A stretch of DNA of 64,000 bases. Origin: Chloroflexota bacterium. GTDB lineage: Bacteria; Chloroflexota; Limnocylindria; P2-11E. The position numbers were made by a program, and so were the translations under genes. Positions 37,150-46,075 of this stretch are shown here, in pieces (position 1 is the stretch's first letter; each line of letters starts with the position of its first letter). Below the pieces are notes generated by a model. That model was not told where the DNA came from, did not search any database, and was given only the letters and a program-made list of their open reading frames with translations. The stretch is from NCBI GenBank assembly GCA_005881885.1, contig VBDX01000139.1, forward strand, positions 2,913 through 66,912. Direction: 5' to 3'.

Positions 37150-37929
37150 TCACCGTGCGCGCCGAAGCGATCCGTACACGACCTGAGCGGCTCGGATCAA
37201 CTCCACGTTGACGCTCACGCCGACCAGTTCTCCATAGAGCCCGAACAGATCAGCGTCCGGAGCTTTTCCGCTGAAGCCGCTGACGTCCGTCGCCAGCTGT
37301 GCGATGTCGAGCAGGCCGCATCCGAGATGCGCCCGGCGCCATTCGATGATCACGACACCGCGTCCAGCGACCCGCGCGTTCGCGCACACCAGCTCTCCGT
37401 GACACAGCACCGCCGGAAGACTCGCGAGAGCGGTCGCGGCGGCGCGCGCCTCGGCATCCAGCGGCCGGTCGACGGCCGCGCGTTCCGAGGCGCGCTCGAC
37501 GAGCTCTTCGGGCGAGATCGTCGGGACACCCAGCGCTTTCAGTGCCGGCGCGTCACCGGCAACGGCACGCTCGATCTTGGCCTTCGCGCGCACGATCGCC
37601 CTAGGGTCTTCGTGACATGCGCTCTGCGCGTCGAGCAGATCCTCGGTGAGCACCCACGGCCAGGCCGGAACGGCGGGCGGCGGAATGCCGCGCGAGCGAA
37701 CGAGCGGCACGCGGTCGGTCTTCCGCGCGAGCAGCGGAAGCAGCTGCACTTCGAGCGCGTCGCTCGGGGGCACGCGCTTCACGACGAGCGACCGCTCATC
37801 GCCCTCCTGGCGGAAGCGGATGCGCTCGAGCTCGAGCGTCGTGTTCTTGGCCACGACCTCGCTGCGGACATCGGTCACAGCGGCGCGCAGGCTCCGCGCC
37901 ACGAACGCGGTGAGTGGATCCTGGCTCAC
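37150..37929 (-). CDS. Aminoglycoside-phosphotransferase-like fold protein with degenerate catalytic motifs
   Basis: LVVK lysine kept; HGELVCAN in place of HGDxxxxN; IEW in place of IDW. Confidence 0.65.
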   Translation of the reverse strand: MSQDPLTAFVARSLRAAVTDVRSEVVAKNTTLELERIRFRQEGDERSLVVKRVPPSDALEVQLLPLLARKTDRVPLVRSRGIPPPAVPAWPWVLTEDLLDAQSACHEDPRAIVRAKAKIERAVAGDAPALKALGVPTISPEELVERASERAAVDRPLDAEARAAATALASLPAVLCHGELVCANARVAGRGVVIIEWRRAHLGCGLLDIAQLATDVSGFSGKAPDADLFGLYGELVGVSVNVELIRAAQVVYGSLRRAR

Positions 37930-38363
37930 CGGTATTTGTCACTCGACACGCCGGCGGCCGCGTCGATGGCGCGATTGGAGAGGGCGTCGGCGACGAGGTT
38001 CTGCTCGCGCGGCACGTGGCGGATCTCGCGCTCCGGGAATGACGCGAGGAGCTGACCGGCGCGGAGCGCCAGCGGGATCAGCCCCGGATGCTTGGTGCGC
38101 CAGCGCCCGCTCAGCTGCTCGACGACAAGCTTCGAGTCCATGCGGACGTCGATCGCGTTCGCTCCCAGACGCTTGGCCTCCTCCAGCCCGAGGATGAGCG
38201 CGCTGTACTCCGCGACGTTATTCGTCGCCCGGCCCAGCGCGAGCGTCAATTCCGCGACGACCGTGCCGTCCTCGTCGAGCAGCACGGCACCCGCACCGGC
38301 CGGGCCGGGGTTGCCACGCGCGGCGCCGTCCGCGTAGAGGATCAACCGACGACCCTGCTTCAC
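37926..38363 (-). CDS. rnhA: Ribonuclease HI
   Basis: ADGAARGNPGPAG, TNNVAEY, DSKLV, REQN..AD. Confidence 0.93.
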   Translation of the reverse strand: MKQGRRLILYADGAARGNPGPAGAGAVLLDEDGTVVAELTLALGRATNNVAEYSALILGLEEAKRLGANAIDVRMDSKLVVEQLSGRWRTKHPGLIPLALRAGQLLASFPEREIRHVPREQNLVADALSNRAIDAAAGVSSDKYR

Positions 38364-39316
38364 GGCCCAAACACCTGTCGCAGGCGCTCGAGGTCAACGT
38401 TCCCACCCGAGACGATCGCGACGACGCGCTCGCCCGGATGCGCCTTCACGACGCCCGCGATCAGCGCGCCGGTCGCCGCGGCGCCGGCCGGTTCCGCCAC
38501 GAGCTTCGCGCGCGTCGCGAGGAAGCGCACGCCCTCGGCGATGACGTCGTCGTCCACGAGAACGACGTCGGACACCAGGCGCCGCACGATCTCGAGCGGG
38601 ATCGTCCCCGCGATCGGCGCGGCGAGTCCGTCCGCGATCGTGCTCACGCGCTCGAGGCGCACCGGCTCGCCGGCATCGAGCGCGCGCCGCATGCCCGGCG
38701 CCCCGGACGGTTCGACGCCGACGACCCGCGCGCCCGGCCGCTTCGCAGCCACAGCGACGGCGATCCCGGCGATCAGCCCGCCGCCGCCGACGCCGACGAC
38801 GAAGAGGTCGGCGTCGGGAAGGTCCTCGAGGACCTCGAGCGCACAGGTCCCGTGGCCGGCGATCATGGCAGCGTCGTCGTACGGATGAAGGAAGTACGCG
38901 CCGGTGCGACCCTGGATGTCTTGCACGAGCAAGGTTAGCTTCGTGACGTCCGGAGCGAAGACGACGTCCGCGCCGTAACCACGTGTGGCGTCGACCTTCG
39001 TCTTGGGCGCCGTTTCGGGCATCGCTACCGTGACGCGAACGCCCGCGGAGCCAGCCGCGAACGCGATCGCCTGCGCGGCGTTACCCGCGCTCATCGTGAC
39101 GATGCCGGCGGAGCGCTGTGTCTCTGAGAGGCAGGCCACCGCGTACATGGCACCTCGCGGCTTGAATGAGCCGGTGCGCTGCAGGTTCTCCGCCTTCAAG
39201 AACGCGGCGGCGCCGATCCGCTCGCCCAGCCCCCGGCTCGAGAGGAGCGGCGTGCGATGAAGGACCGGTCCGACTATGCGGCGGGCCCGTTCAATGTCCT
39301 CGATCGCCACGCTCAT
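38360..39316 (-). CDS. Threonine/serine dehydratase family PLP enzyme
   Basis: KAENLQRTGSFKPRG, SAGNAAQ, VGGGGL, SGGN. Confidence 0.9.
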   Translation of the reverse strand: MSVAIEDIERARRIVGPVLHRTPLLSSRGLGERIGAAAFLKAENLQRTGSFKPRGAMYAVACLSETQRSAGIVTMSAGNAAQAIAFAAGSAGVRVTVAMPETAPKTKVDATRGYGADVVFAPDVTKLTLLVQDIQGRTGAYFLHPYDDAAMIAGHGTCALEVLEDLPDADLFVVGVGGGGLIAGIAVAVAAKRPGARVVGVEPSGAPGMRRALDAGEPVRLERVSTIADGLAAPIAGTIPLEIVRRLVSDVVLVDDDVIAEGVRFLATRAKLVAEPAGAAATGALIAGVVKAHPGERVVAIVSGGNVDLERLRQVFGP

Positions 39317-39387
39317 GGGTTGCTGAGGCTACCGTAGGGCCAGGCCGACCCCGGCGCCCCGTCGCCGTTCAGCCGGCTGAGGAGAGA

Positions 39388-40305
39388 ATGCCCGACGTGA
39401 GTGAGACGCCCCCGGCGATCGCGACCCTGGCGCTCACGAAGGATTACGGGGCGCACCGCGGGATCTTCGACCTCGATCTCGGCATCCGGCAGGGCGAGGT
39501 CTTCGGCTTCCTCGGACCCAATGGCGCCGGGAAGACGACGACGATCAAGCTGCTCATGGGGATGATCCATCCGACGCGTGGCACAGCGACGATCTTTGGT
39601 CTCGACTGCGAGCGCGAGGGCGTCGCCGTGAAGCGGCGGGTCGGATACCTCCCCGGCGAGACGCCCAACTTCGGCGGGTGGCGCGGATCGGAGATCGTCG
39701 CGTATGTCGCGGGGCTGCGGGGAGACGTGTCGGAGACGGTGATCTCCAGCCTGGCGAAGCGCCTCGACCTCGACCTCGGCCGCCGGTATCGCGAGTACTC
39801 GCATGGCAACAAGCAGAAGCTCCTCCTGGTGCTCGCGCTCATGCACCGGCCTCCCCTCCTCATCCTCGACGAGCCGACGGGCGGGCTAGATCCGCTCCAC
39901 CAGCAGGTCTTTTACGAGCTCATGCGGGAGGCGCGCGAAGCCGGGACGACGGTATTCCTCTCGTCGCACATCCTCTCCGAGGTGGAGCACGTCTGCGATC
40001 GCGTCGGGATCGTCCGCGAAGGGAATCTCGTGACGGTCGGCACGCTCGCCGAGCTCATTGGCGTGCGCGCGCGGCGGATCGAGATCGCCTTTGAGGGGGA
40101 CCCGCCGCTCGCGCGTCTGCGGTCGGTGCCCGGACTCGACCAGCTCGACGTGAACGACCATCGGGTGACCGCGATGCTCCGCGGCGGCGTCGAACATCTC
40201 CTGGAGGCGATCGCTGGCCAGCGCGTCGTCGACCTGCACAGTCGCGAGCCCAGCCTCGAGGAGATCTTCCTCTCGTACTACTCCGCGCCGACGCCGCGCG
40301 CGTGA
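39388..40305 (+). CDS. ABC exporter ATP-binding protein
   Basis: GPNGAGKTT, YSHGNKQK, LDEPTGGLD, SSH; GAGGAG SD. Confidence 0.92.
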   Translation: MPDVSETPPAIATLALTKDYGAHRGIFDLDLGIRQGEVFGFLGPNGAGKTTTIKLLMGMIHPTRGTATIFGLDCEREGVAVKRRVGYLPGETPNFGGWRGSEIVAYVAGLRGDVSETVISSLAKRLDLDLGRRYREYSHGNKQKLLLVLALMHRPPLLILDEPTGGLDPLHQQVFYELMREAREAGTTVFLSSHILSEVEHVCDRVGIVREGNLVTVGTLAELIGVRARRIEIAFEGDPPLARLRSVPGLDQLDVNDHRVTAMLRGGVEHLLEAIAGQRVVDLHSREPSLEEIFLSYYSAPTPRA

Positions 40306-41921
40306 TGCTGCTCCGGCTCGCGCTGCGCCTCGGGCGCGTCGGCGCGATCGCGGTCGGCGCGATCGGCGTCGCTGCCGCCCTGGCCCAGCCACTCGCGTTC
40401 GCGCAGCTCGCTGGGAACACGCCCGCGGAGCGCGCGGTGTTCGCGCAGCAGATGGAGATACTGGCGCGCCAGCTCACCTACCTGCTCCCGCTCCCTGGGC
40501 AGCTCGGGACGATGGCGGGATGGATCGAGTGGCGAGCGATCGGCGCCCTCGAGGTCATTCTCGCGTTCTGGGCGGTCATGGCCGCGTCCGGCGCGGGACG
40601 CGGCGACGAAGAGCGTGGCCTCGTCGAGCACTGGCTCGCGCAAGGCGTGTCGCGCGGCAGCTACATCGGGTCGCGCATCGGCGGCTTCGCGCTGCTCGGG
40701 ACGGTCGTCGTGACGCTCACGCTGGCGGCCGCCGGCGTCGGGTCCGCGCTCGGGAAGGAGCCGGTCCCCGCCTCCGCGCTCGCACTGCAGGGGATCGCGC
40801 TCGTCGGGCTCGTCCTCTGCAGTTACGCGATAGCTCTCTTCGCCGCGCAGCTCGTGACGACGCGGCGGGGAGCCGCAGCGCTCGGGGGTGGAGCGCTCCT
40901 CGTCCTCTACCTCATCGACGTCGTCGCGCGATCGGATGGCGCGGAGAGCATCCGCGGGATCTCGCCCTTCTGGCTGTACGACCAGAACCATCCGCTCACG
41001 AACGGTGGCACGCTCGATGGGCCGAAGACGATCGCGCTCTACGCCACCGGCGTGATCTTCACGGCGGCCGCAGCGTTCGCCTTCGTTCGCCGCGACCTCG
41101 GCGCACCGCTGCTGCGGCGACCGCCTCACGACGTGGAGTCGACCACGCTTCCCGCCGGCGACCCGTTTCTCCGGCTCCCGGTGCTTGCCATACTCGATCA
41201 GCAGCGAACATCGCTCCTCGCGTGGGCGGTCGTGCTCCCGGCGCTGGGCGTGTTCTTCCTCTCGTTCACGCGCACGCTCGTCGACACGATGCTCGCCACG
41301 CCCTCGTTCCGCGTCTACATGGAGCGCGCCGGCCTCGGGAACTACACGTCGTTCATCGGCGTTACGTGGTTCGGGACGCTCGTGCTGCTCCTATCGATGT
41401 ACGCGATCGTACAGACGAGCGGCTGGGCGGCCGACGACCAGGAGGGTCGGCTCGAGGTCATCGCGTCACAGCCGATCTCGCGGGCGCGGATCGTCGTCGA
41501 GCGCCTCGTGGCGCTTCTCGCCGGTACCGCGATCATCGTCACGGCAGCCGGGGTAGCGCTCGCGATCGGCGCGAGAGCCGCGGACATCGCGATCGATACG
41601 GGTCAACTAGCGCTCGGCTCGGCCTTGGCGCTTGGAGTCGTGTTCGCCTTCGGCGGCCTCGGCGCCGCCGGCGTGAGCTGGCGGCCACGCACCACGGTGA
41701 TCGTGCTCGGTGCGGTCGCGATCGCGAGCTATCTCCTGCAGGAGTTCACGCCGCTCTTCGAGTGGCCGACCTGGGTCGCCGACCTCTCGCTCTACGCGCT
41801 GTACGGCAATCCGCTCTCGGGAACCGTCGACTGGGCACGGTCTGCCGCGCTCTTTGGGATCGGGGCGGCAGGGTCGGCGATCGCGGTCGCGGCGATGCGC
41901 CAGAGGGATATCGGACGCTGA
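40302..41921 (+). CDS. ABC-2 exporter permease with two repeated halves
   Basis: GDEERG..SRG and DDQEGRLE..ISR motifs in the two halves; about 12 TM helices. Confidence 0.85.
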   Translation: MMLLRLALRLGRVGAIAVGAIGVAAALAQPLAFAQLAGNTPAERAVFAQQMEILARQLTYLLPLPGQLGTMAGWIEWRAIGALEVILAFWAVMAASGAGRGDEERGLVEHWLAQGVSRGSYIGSRIGGFALLGTVVVTLTLAAAGVGSALGKEPVPASALALQGIALVGLVLCSYAIALFAAQLVTTRRGAAALGGGALLVLYLIDVVARSDGAESIRGISPFWLYDQNHPLTNGGTLDGPKTIALYATGVIFTAAAAFAFVRRDLGAPLLRRPPHDVESTTLPAGDPFLRLPVLAILDQQRTSLLAWAVVLPALGVFFLSFTRTLVDTMLATPSFRVYMERAGLGNYTSFIGVTWFGTLVLLLSMYAIVQTSGWAADDQEGRLEVIASQPISRARIVVERLVALLAGTAIIVTAAGVALAIGARAADIAIDTGQLALGSALALGVVFAFGGLGAAGVSWRPRTTVIVLGAVAIASYLLQEFTPLFEWPTWVADLSLYALYGNPLSGTVDWARSAALFGIGAAGSAIAVAAMRQRDIGR

Positions 41922-41929
41922 TCCGTGGC

Positions 41930-42229
41930 CTAGACGCTGTGCGCGACAGGTCCTCGGACCGGCCAGGCGGTCGCGTCGAGGTCCAGCTCGTCAACGAAGC
42001 ACCAGCCCCAGTCCTCGCCCGGTTCGAACGACTTGATGATCGGGTGCCGGACCTTGCGGAAATGCTTGGTGGCGTGCCGGTTCGGAGAGTCGTCGCAGCA
42101 CCCGACGTGCCCGCAGGTCATGCACAGGCGGAGGTGGACCCACTCCGCACCGACGCGCAGGCAGTCCTCACAGCCGTCCGCGCTCGGGGTGACTTCTCGG
42201 ATCTGATCGAGGTGGGTGCAGCTCTTCAG
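41930..42229 (-). CDS. UBP-type zinc finger protein, probable CTG start
   Basis: (M)KSCTHLDQIREVTPSADGCEDCL..WVHLRLCMTCGHVGCCDDSPNRHATKH..WCFVDE; AAAGGGGG SD 6 nt before CTG. Confidence 0.85.
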   Translation of the reverse strand: MKSCTHLDQIREVTPSADGCEDCLRVGAEWVHLRLCMTCGHVGCCDDSPNRHATKHFRKVRHPIIKSFEPGEDWGWCFVDELDLDATAWPVRGPVAHSV

Positions 42230-42248
42230 TGCGCGCCCCCTTTCGCTG

Positions 42249-42320
42249 TGGGCCCGCCAGGGATCGAACCTGGGACCAGCAGATTATGAGTCCGCCGCTC
42301 TACCACTGAGCTACGGGCCC
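42249..42320 (-). tRNA. tRNA-Ile2 (anticodon CAU, lysidine type); CCA not encoded
   Basis: GGGCCCGTAGCTCAGTGGTAGAGC..CTCATAA..GGTTCGATCC..CGGGCCCA; C4:G69 and C5:G68 pairs point to a TilS/IleRS substrate rather than Met. Confidence 0.88.
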
Positions 42321-42365
42321 TAGGAGTGCCGCGGCGCGAGCTTGCTCGCGCAAGCGGCCGACGAC

Positions 42366-42448
42366 GGGCCCGCGAGTGTCGCACGCGAGCCCGCCGAATT
42401 GCACCAAGTATGGTTGAGCAGGCTCGCGGGCGACACTCGACAGGGCCC
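42366..42448. repeat. 83-bp imperfect palindrome between tRNA-Ile2 and parA
   Basis: Arms 42366-42391 and 42421-42448; the 12-bp direct repeat GGGCCCTAGGAG occurs at 42315 and 42443. Confidence 0.7.
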
Positions 42449-42615
42449 TAGGAGGGATAAGCGCGCGCGGGCTGTCTTGCAAAGCCGCACAAAGACGTGA
42501 CCGAAGCCGTTATAGTCCTCCGAAGGCTGGGGCGCGTACGTTTCCGCGCGCTGTGGGGAGCACAGCAACTCGAAGCGGACCCAGGGCGTGGGGTCCGCGA
42601 AGAGGAGAGGCGCGG

Positions 42616-43386
42616 TTGGGCAAGGTCATCGCGATCGCGAACCAGAAGGGCGGCGTGGGCAAGACCACGTGCGCCATCAATCTCGGTGGGGCGCTCGCAT
42701 CCTTAGGGCATGAGGTCCTCTGTCTCGACCTCGACCCGCAAGCAAACCTGACCGTCGGTCTGGGGATCGACCTCAACACCGTTGAGCGGAGCATCGCCGA
42801 CGTCCTCATCGACTCGAACATCACGCTCGGGTCGATCATCCGGCCGACGAAGACGAAGAAGGTCGACGTCGCGCCCGCGACGCTCGAGCTCTCCGCTGCC
42901 GAGGTCGAGCTGTTCAACGCCATCGGCCGGGAGATGGCGCTGCGCGACAAGCTCGGTCGCGACGTCGTCGAGCGGTATGACTACGTCCTCATCGACTGCC
43001 CGCCGACGCTCGGCCTCCTCACCCTGAACGCGCTCGTCGCCGCGAGTGGGGTCATCATCCCGGTCCAGACGCAGTACTACGCGCTGAAGGGCGTCGCGGC
43101 TCTGCTCAAGATCATCAAGACCGTCCAGACCCGCCTCAATCCGACTCTCAAGGTCTACGGACTTCTTCCGACCTTCTACGACAGCCGCACGATCCTCGCT
43201 CGCGACATGCTCGACTCGCTCAAGGATCTCGGCGACCACCAGGTGTTCGACACGATCATCCGTCAGTCGGTGAAGATCGGCGAGGCGCCGACCGCGGGCG
43301 TGCCGATCACCGTGTACGAACCGAAGAGCGACGCGGCGAAGAGCTTCGTGGACCTCGCGAAGGAGGTGATCGGTGCTCACAACTAG
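42616..43386 (+). CDS. parA: ParA/Soj family ATPase
   Basis: NQKGGVGKTT, DLDPQAN, IDCPP; TTG start with AGGAGAGG SD. Confidence 0.93.
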   Translation: MGKVIAIANQKGGVGKTTCAINLGGALASLGHEVLCLDLDPQANLTVGLGIDLNTVERSIADVLIDSNITLGSIIRPTKTKKVDVAPATLELSAAEVELFNAIGREMALRDKLGRDVVERYDYVLIDCPPTLGLLTLNALVAASGVIIPVQTQYYALKGVAALLKIIKTVQTRLNPTLKVYGLLPTFYDSRTILARDMLDSLKDLGDHQVFDTIIRQSVKIGEAPTAGVPITVYEPKSDAAKSFVDLAKEVIGAHN

Positions 43387-44314
43387 TCGACACAGAAAGT
43401 CATTCAGGGACGCCGGCGAGCGCATCTTCCAGCAGGAGTCCGACGCGCAGCCCGGGATCATCAGCCTGCTCGCGGCGCGCACACCGACGGCGGTGCGCGA
43501 CATTCCCCTCGAGAAGATCGTTCCGAACCCCTCGCAGCCACGGATGACCTGGCACGAGGACACACTCGCGGAGCTCGGGGCCTCGATCCGCGAGCACGGC
43601 GTCCTGCAGCCGATCCTCGTACGTCCCGCCGGCGAGGAGTACGAGATCATCGCGGGCGAGCGGCGGTGGCGCGCTTCGAAGCTCGCCGGCAAGGAGACGG
43701 TCCCCGCGATCGTCGAACGCTTCGACGATGCGACCGCCCTCGAGATCGCTCTGATCGAGAACCTCCAGCGCGAGGACCTCTCACCCCTCGACGAAGCGGT
43801 CATCTACAGGAAGATGACCGGCGAGCTCGGGTACTCGATCCGCAATCTCGCGACGAAGCTCGGGAAGGACAAGGGCTACGTCGAGAACCGCCTCCGGCTG
43901 GCGTCCGCTCCCGAGGATGTCCGCGAGATGGTCGGACAGCGTTACGACACGCTCTCCGCGGCGTACGAGCTGATGAAGATCGACAACAAGCGCCGCCGCC
44001 AGGCGCTCGCCAAGCAGATCATCGCGGGCAAGCTGACGCTGCTGCGCCTGCACGACCGGGTCGAACGGATCCTCCATCCGGGTGAGAAGTCCGCGAAGCC
44101 GGAGCCCGCGATCCCGCCGCTGCGCGACGACGCGCTCATCGTCGCGACGCGAAAGCTGAACGACGCCCTCGCCGACCTTGCACGGATCATCGGCGAGGAT
44201 GGGCACGGAACGATCGCCGAAGGCGATCGGCAGAACCTCGCGAAGTTCCTCACCATCTCTCGCGCGCGGCTCGACAACCTCGTCGCGCGTCTGCGGAGCA
44301 GCGCCCGCCCCTAG
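43373..44314 (+). CDS. parB: ParB/Spo0J family protein
   Basis: GVLQPILVR, AGERRWRA CTP motif, ENLQREDL, HTH. Confidence 0.92.
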   Translation: MLTTSRHRKSFRDAGERIFQQESDAQPGIISLLAARTPTAVRDIPLEKIVPNPSQPRMTWHEDTLAELGASIREHGVLQPILVRPAGEEYEIIAGERRWRASKLAGKETVPAIVERFDDATALEIALIENLQREDLSPLDEAVIYRKMTGELGYSIRNLATKLGKDKGYVENRLRLASAPEDVREMVGQRYDTLSAAYELMKIDNKRRRQALAKQIIAGKLTLLRLHDRVERILHPGEKSAKPEPAIPPLRDDALIVATRKLNDALADLARIIGEDGHGTIAEGDRQNLAKFLTISRARLDNLVARLRSSARP

Positions 44315-44340
44315 GCCATAAGTGCGGCTAAAGTGAAGAG

Positions 44341-44508
44341 ATGCGGGTCGGGTTCCGGGGAAGCACGGTGGCGTTCGGACTCATGACGGGGATCGTTACG
44401 CTCGGAGCGATGGGGATCTTCGTTCTGATGGATCCGCGCGCGCAAGCCTTCTGGGCCTCCCGCGTCGCGGACGCGGTGAGCTTCCTCCGCTCGCTCTTCG
44501 TGCGCTAA
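44341..44508 (+). CDS. 55-aa single-TM small protein
   Basis: MRVGFRGSTVAFGLMTGIVTLGAMGIFVLMDPRAQ..; TAAAGT 6 nt before ATG (leaderless pattern). Confidence 0.5.
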   Translation: MRVGFRGSTVAFGLMTGIVTLGAMGIFVLMDPRAQAFWASRVADAVSFLRSLFVR

Positions 44509-44654
44509 GCGGCTTCGGGGAAGTCGGTGCGGACTTCCTCGGTGACCAGGCGGGCCTTCTGCGCCCTCGCGTCACGCACGATCGAGACCGCGGTCGCGAC
44601 TATGCCCAGCGCCGTCAGAAAGGCGAGACCGCTGTCGCTTGTTAACAGTTCCAT
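44505..44654 (-). CDS. 49-aa single-TM small protein
   Basis: MELLTSDSGLAFLTALGIVATAVSIVRDARAQKARLVTEEVRTDFPEAA*; stop overlaps the convergent ORF. Confidence 0.5.
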   Translation of the reverse strand: MELLTSDSGLAFLTALGIVATAVSIVRDARAQKARLVTEEVRTDFPEAA

Positions 44655-44735
44655 CACGCGGAGTTCATAAGCACCCCTCATGCCAGCGCGGCGGGCAAGC
44701 GGGCCGTTACTCCTGCGTCACACATTTGTCGCGAA

Positions 44736-46037
44736 TCACGCCGCTTTGCGCGGCGGTCGCGCGCGCATGACCCGCACCTGCGCGACGCGCCGGCCGTCGA
44801 CGCCCGTCACCTGGAAGCGGTACCCCTCTATCTCGACCGTGTCACCGACGGCGGCGAGACGGCCAAGCCTGCCGAAGACGAGACCACCGACCGTGTCGTA
44901 CGGCTCGTCCACCAGCAGGAGCTGGAGACGCTCGCGCAGCGCGTCGAGCGCAGTCAGCCCGTCGACGACGTAGGTGCCGGGCCCTTCCTCTTTGAACGCC
45001 GGCGCTTCCCGGTCGAATTCGTCCTGGACCTCGCCGACCAGCTGCTCGATCACGTCCTCGAGCGTGACGAGCCCGGCGGTGCCGCCGAACTCATCGAGTA
45101 CGACCGCGAGCTGCACGCGCTGGCGCCGGAACTCGGCCAGTGCCTGGTCGAGGCGCATGGTCTCCGGGATCACCGGCACCTTTCGCATGACCTCCCGCGC
45201 GCTCGCCCGAGAATCCCTGTCGATGCCGACGAGGTCTTTGACGTGGACGATCCCGATGATGTGGTCGAGGTCCTCCTGGTAGACAGGGAAGCGTGAGAAG
45301 CGGTGCTGGCGCGCCGTCGCCAGCAGCTCCTTGACACCCACGTCGTCGGGTACAGCGACCATTTCGGTCCGCGGGACCATCACCTGGCGGACCATGCGGT
45401 CCGCGAATTCCATGGCGCGCCCGACGATCAGCCGTTCGCTTTCCTGCAGCACGCCCTTCTTCGTCGAGACGGCGACCAGCATCTTGAGCTCCTCTTCGCT
45501 GTGCACGTCGAGCTCGTCAGTGGAACGGATGCCGACCCAACGCAGGATCGCGTTCGCGCTTCCGTTCACGAGGGCGATGAACGGATACATGAGCCGGTAG
45601 AAGAGGTGGAGCGGATAGGCGCACCAGAGCGCGAGCGGGACCGCGCGCTGGATCGAAAGATACTTCGGCGCCAGCTCGCCGACCACGATATGGACGTACG
45701 TGATCACTCCGAACGCCAGCGCGAACGAGATCACGTTCAAGAGCGGGTCGGGCAGCCAGTCGAAGATCGGTTCGAGCAGCGCGGCGACGGCAGGCTCGCC
45801 AAGCCATCCGATCGCCAGCGAGCAGAGCGTCACGCCGAGCTGGGATGCCGAGATGTACTGGTCGAGCCGGTCTAGGACCCGCGACGCGAGCCGCGCGCGA
45901 GCGCTTCCCTGCTGGCCGATCTCGTCGAGCTGTGTCTTGCGGACACGCACGAAGGCGTACTCCGCGGCGACGAAGAATCCGTTCGCGACGACGAGCACGA
46001 CGGTGAGCACCAGGGCAAGGGCGGTACGGGCGTCCAT
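44736..46037 (-). CDS. CNNM/hemolysin family protein (DUF21-CBS-CorC_HlyC)
   Basis: NGFFVAAEY, SQLGVT, GELAPK, MVPR, HRFSRFPV, DEFGGTAGLVT. Confidence 0.93.
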   Translation of the reverse strand: MDARTALALVLTVVLVVANGFFVAAEYAFVRVRKTQLDEIGQQGSARARLASRVLDRLDQYISASQLGVTLCSLAIGWLGEPAVAALLEPIFDWLPDPLLNVISFALAFGVITYVHIVVGELAPKYLSIQRAVPLALWCAYPLHLFYRLMYPFIALVNGSANAILRWVGIRSTDELDVHSEEELKMLVAVSTKKGVLQESERLIVGRAMEFADRMVRQVMVPRTEMVAVPDDVGVKELLATARQHRFSRFPVYQEDLDHIIGIVHVKDLVGIDRDSRASAREVMRKVPVIPETMRLDQALAEFRRQRVQLAVVLDEFGGTAGLVTLEDVIEQLVGEVQDEFDREAPAFKEEGPGTYVVDGLTALDALRERLQLLLVDEPYDTVGGLVFGRLGRLAAVGDTVEIEGYRFQVTGVDGRRVAQVRVMRARPPRKAA

Positions 46038-46075
46038 GCCCGTGCGATTCTCGCACCTCCGCTAGGCTTGATTTC

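Noticed and set aside
42249-42320. Calling the CAU tRNA Met or fMet
   Set aside because: It has a paired G1:C72, lacks three GC pairs at the base of the anticodon stem, and has C4:G69/C5:G68, all favouring Ile2.
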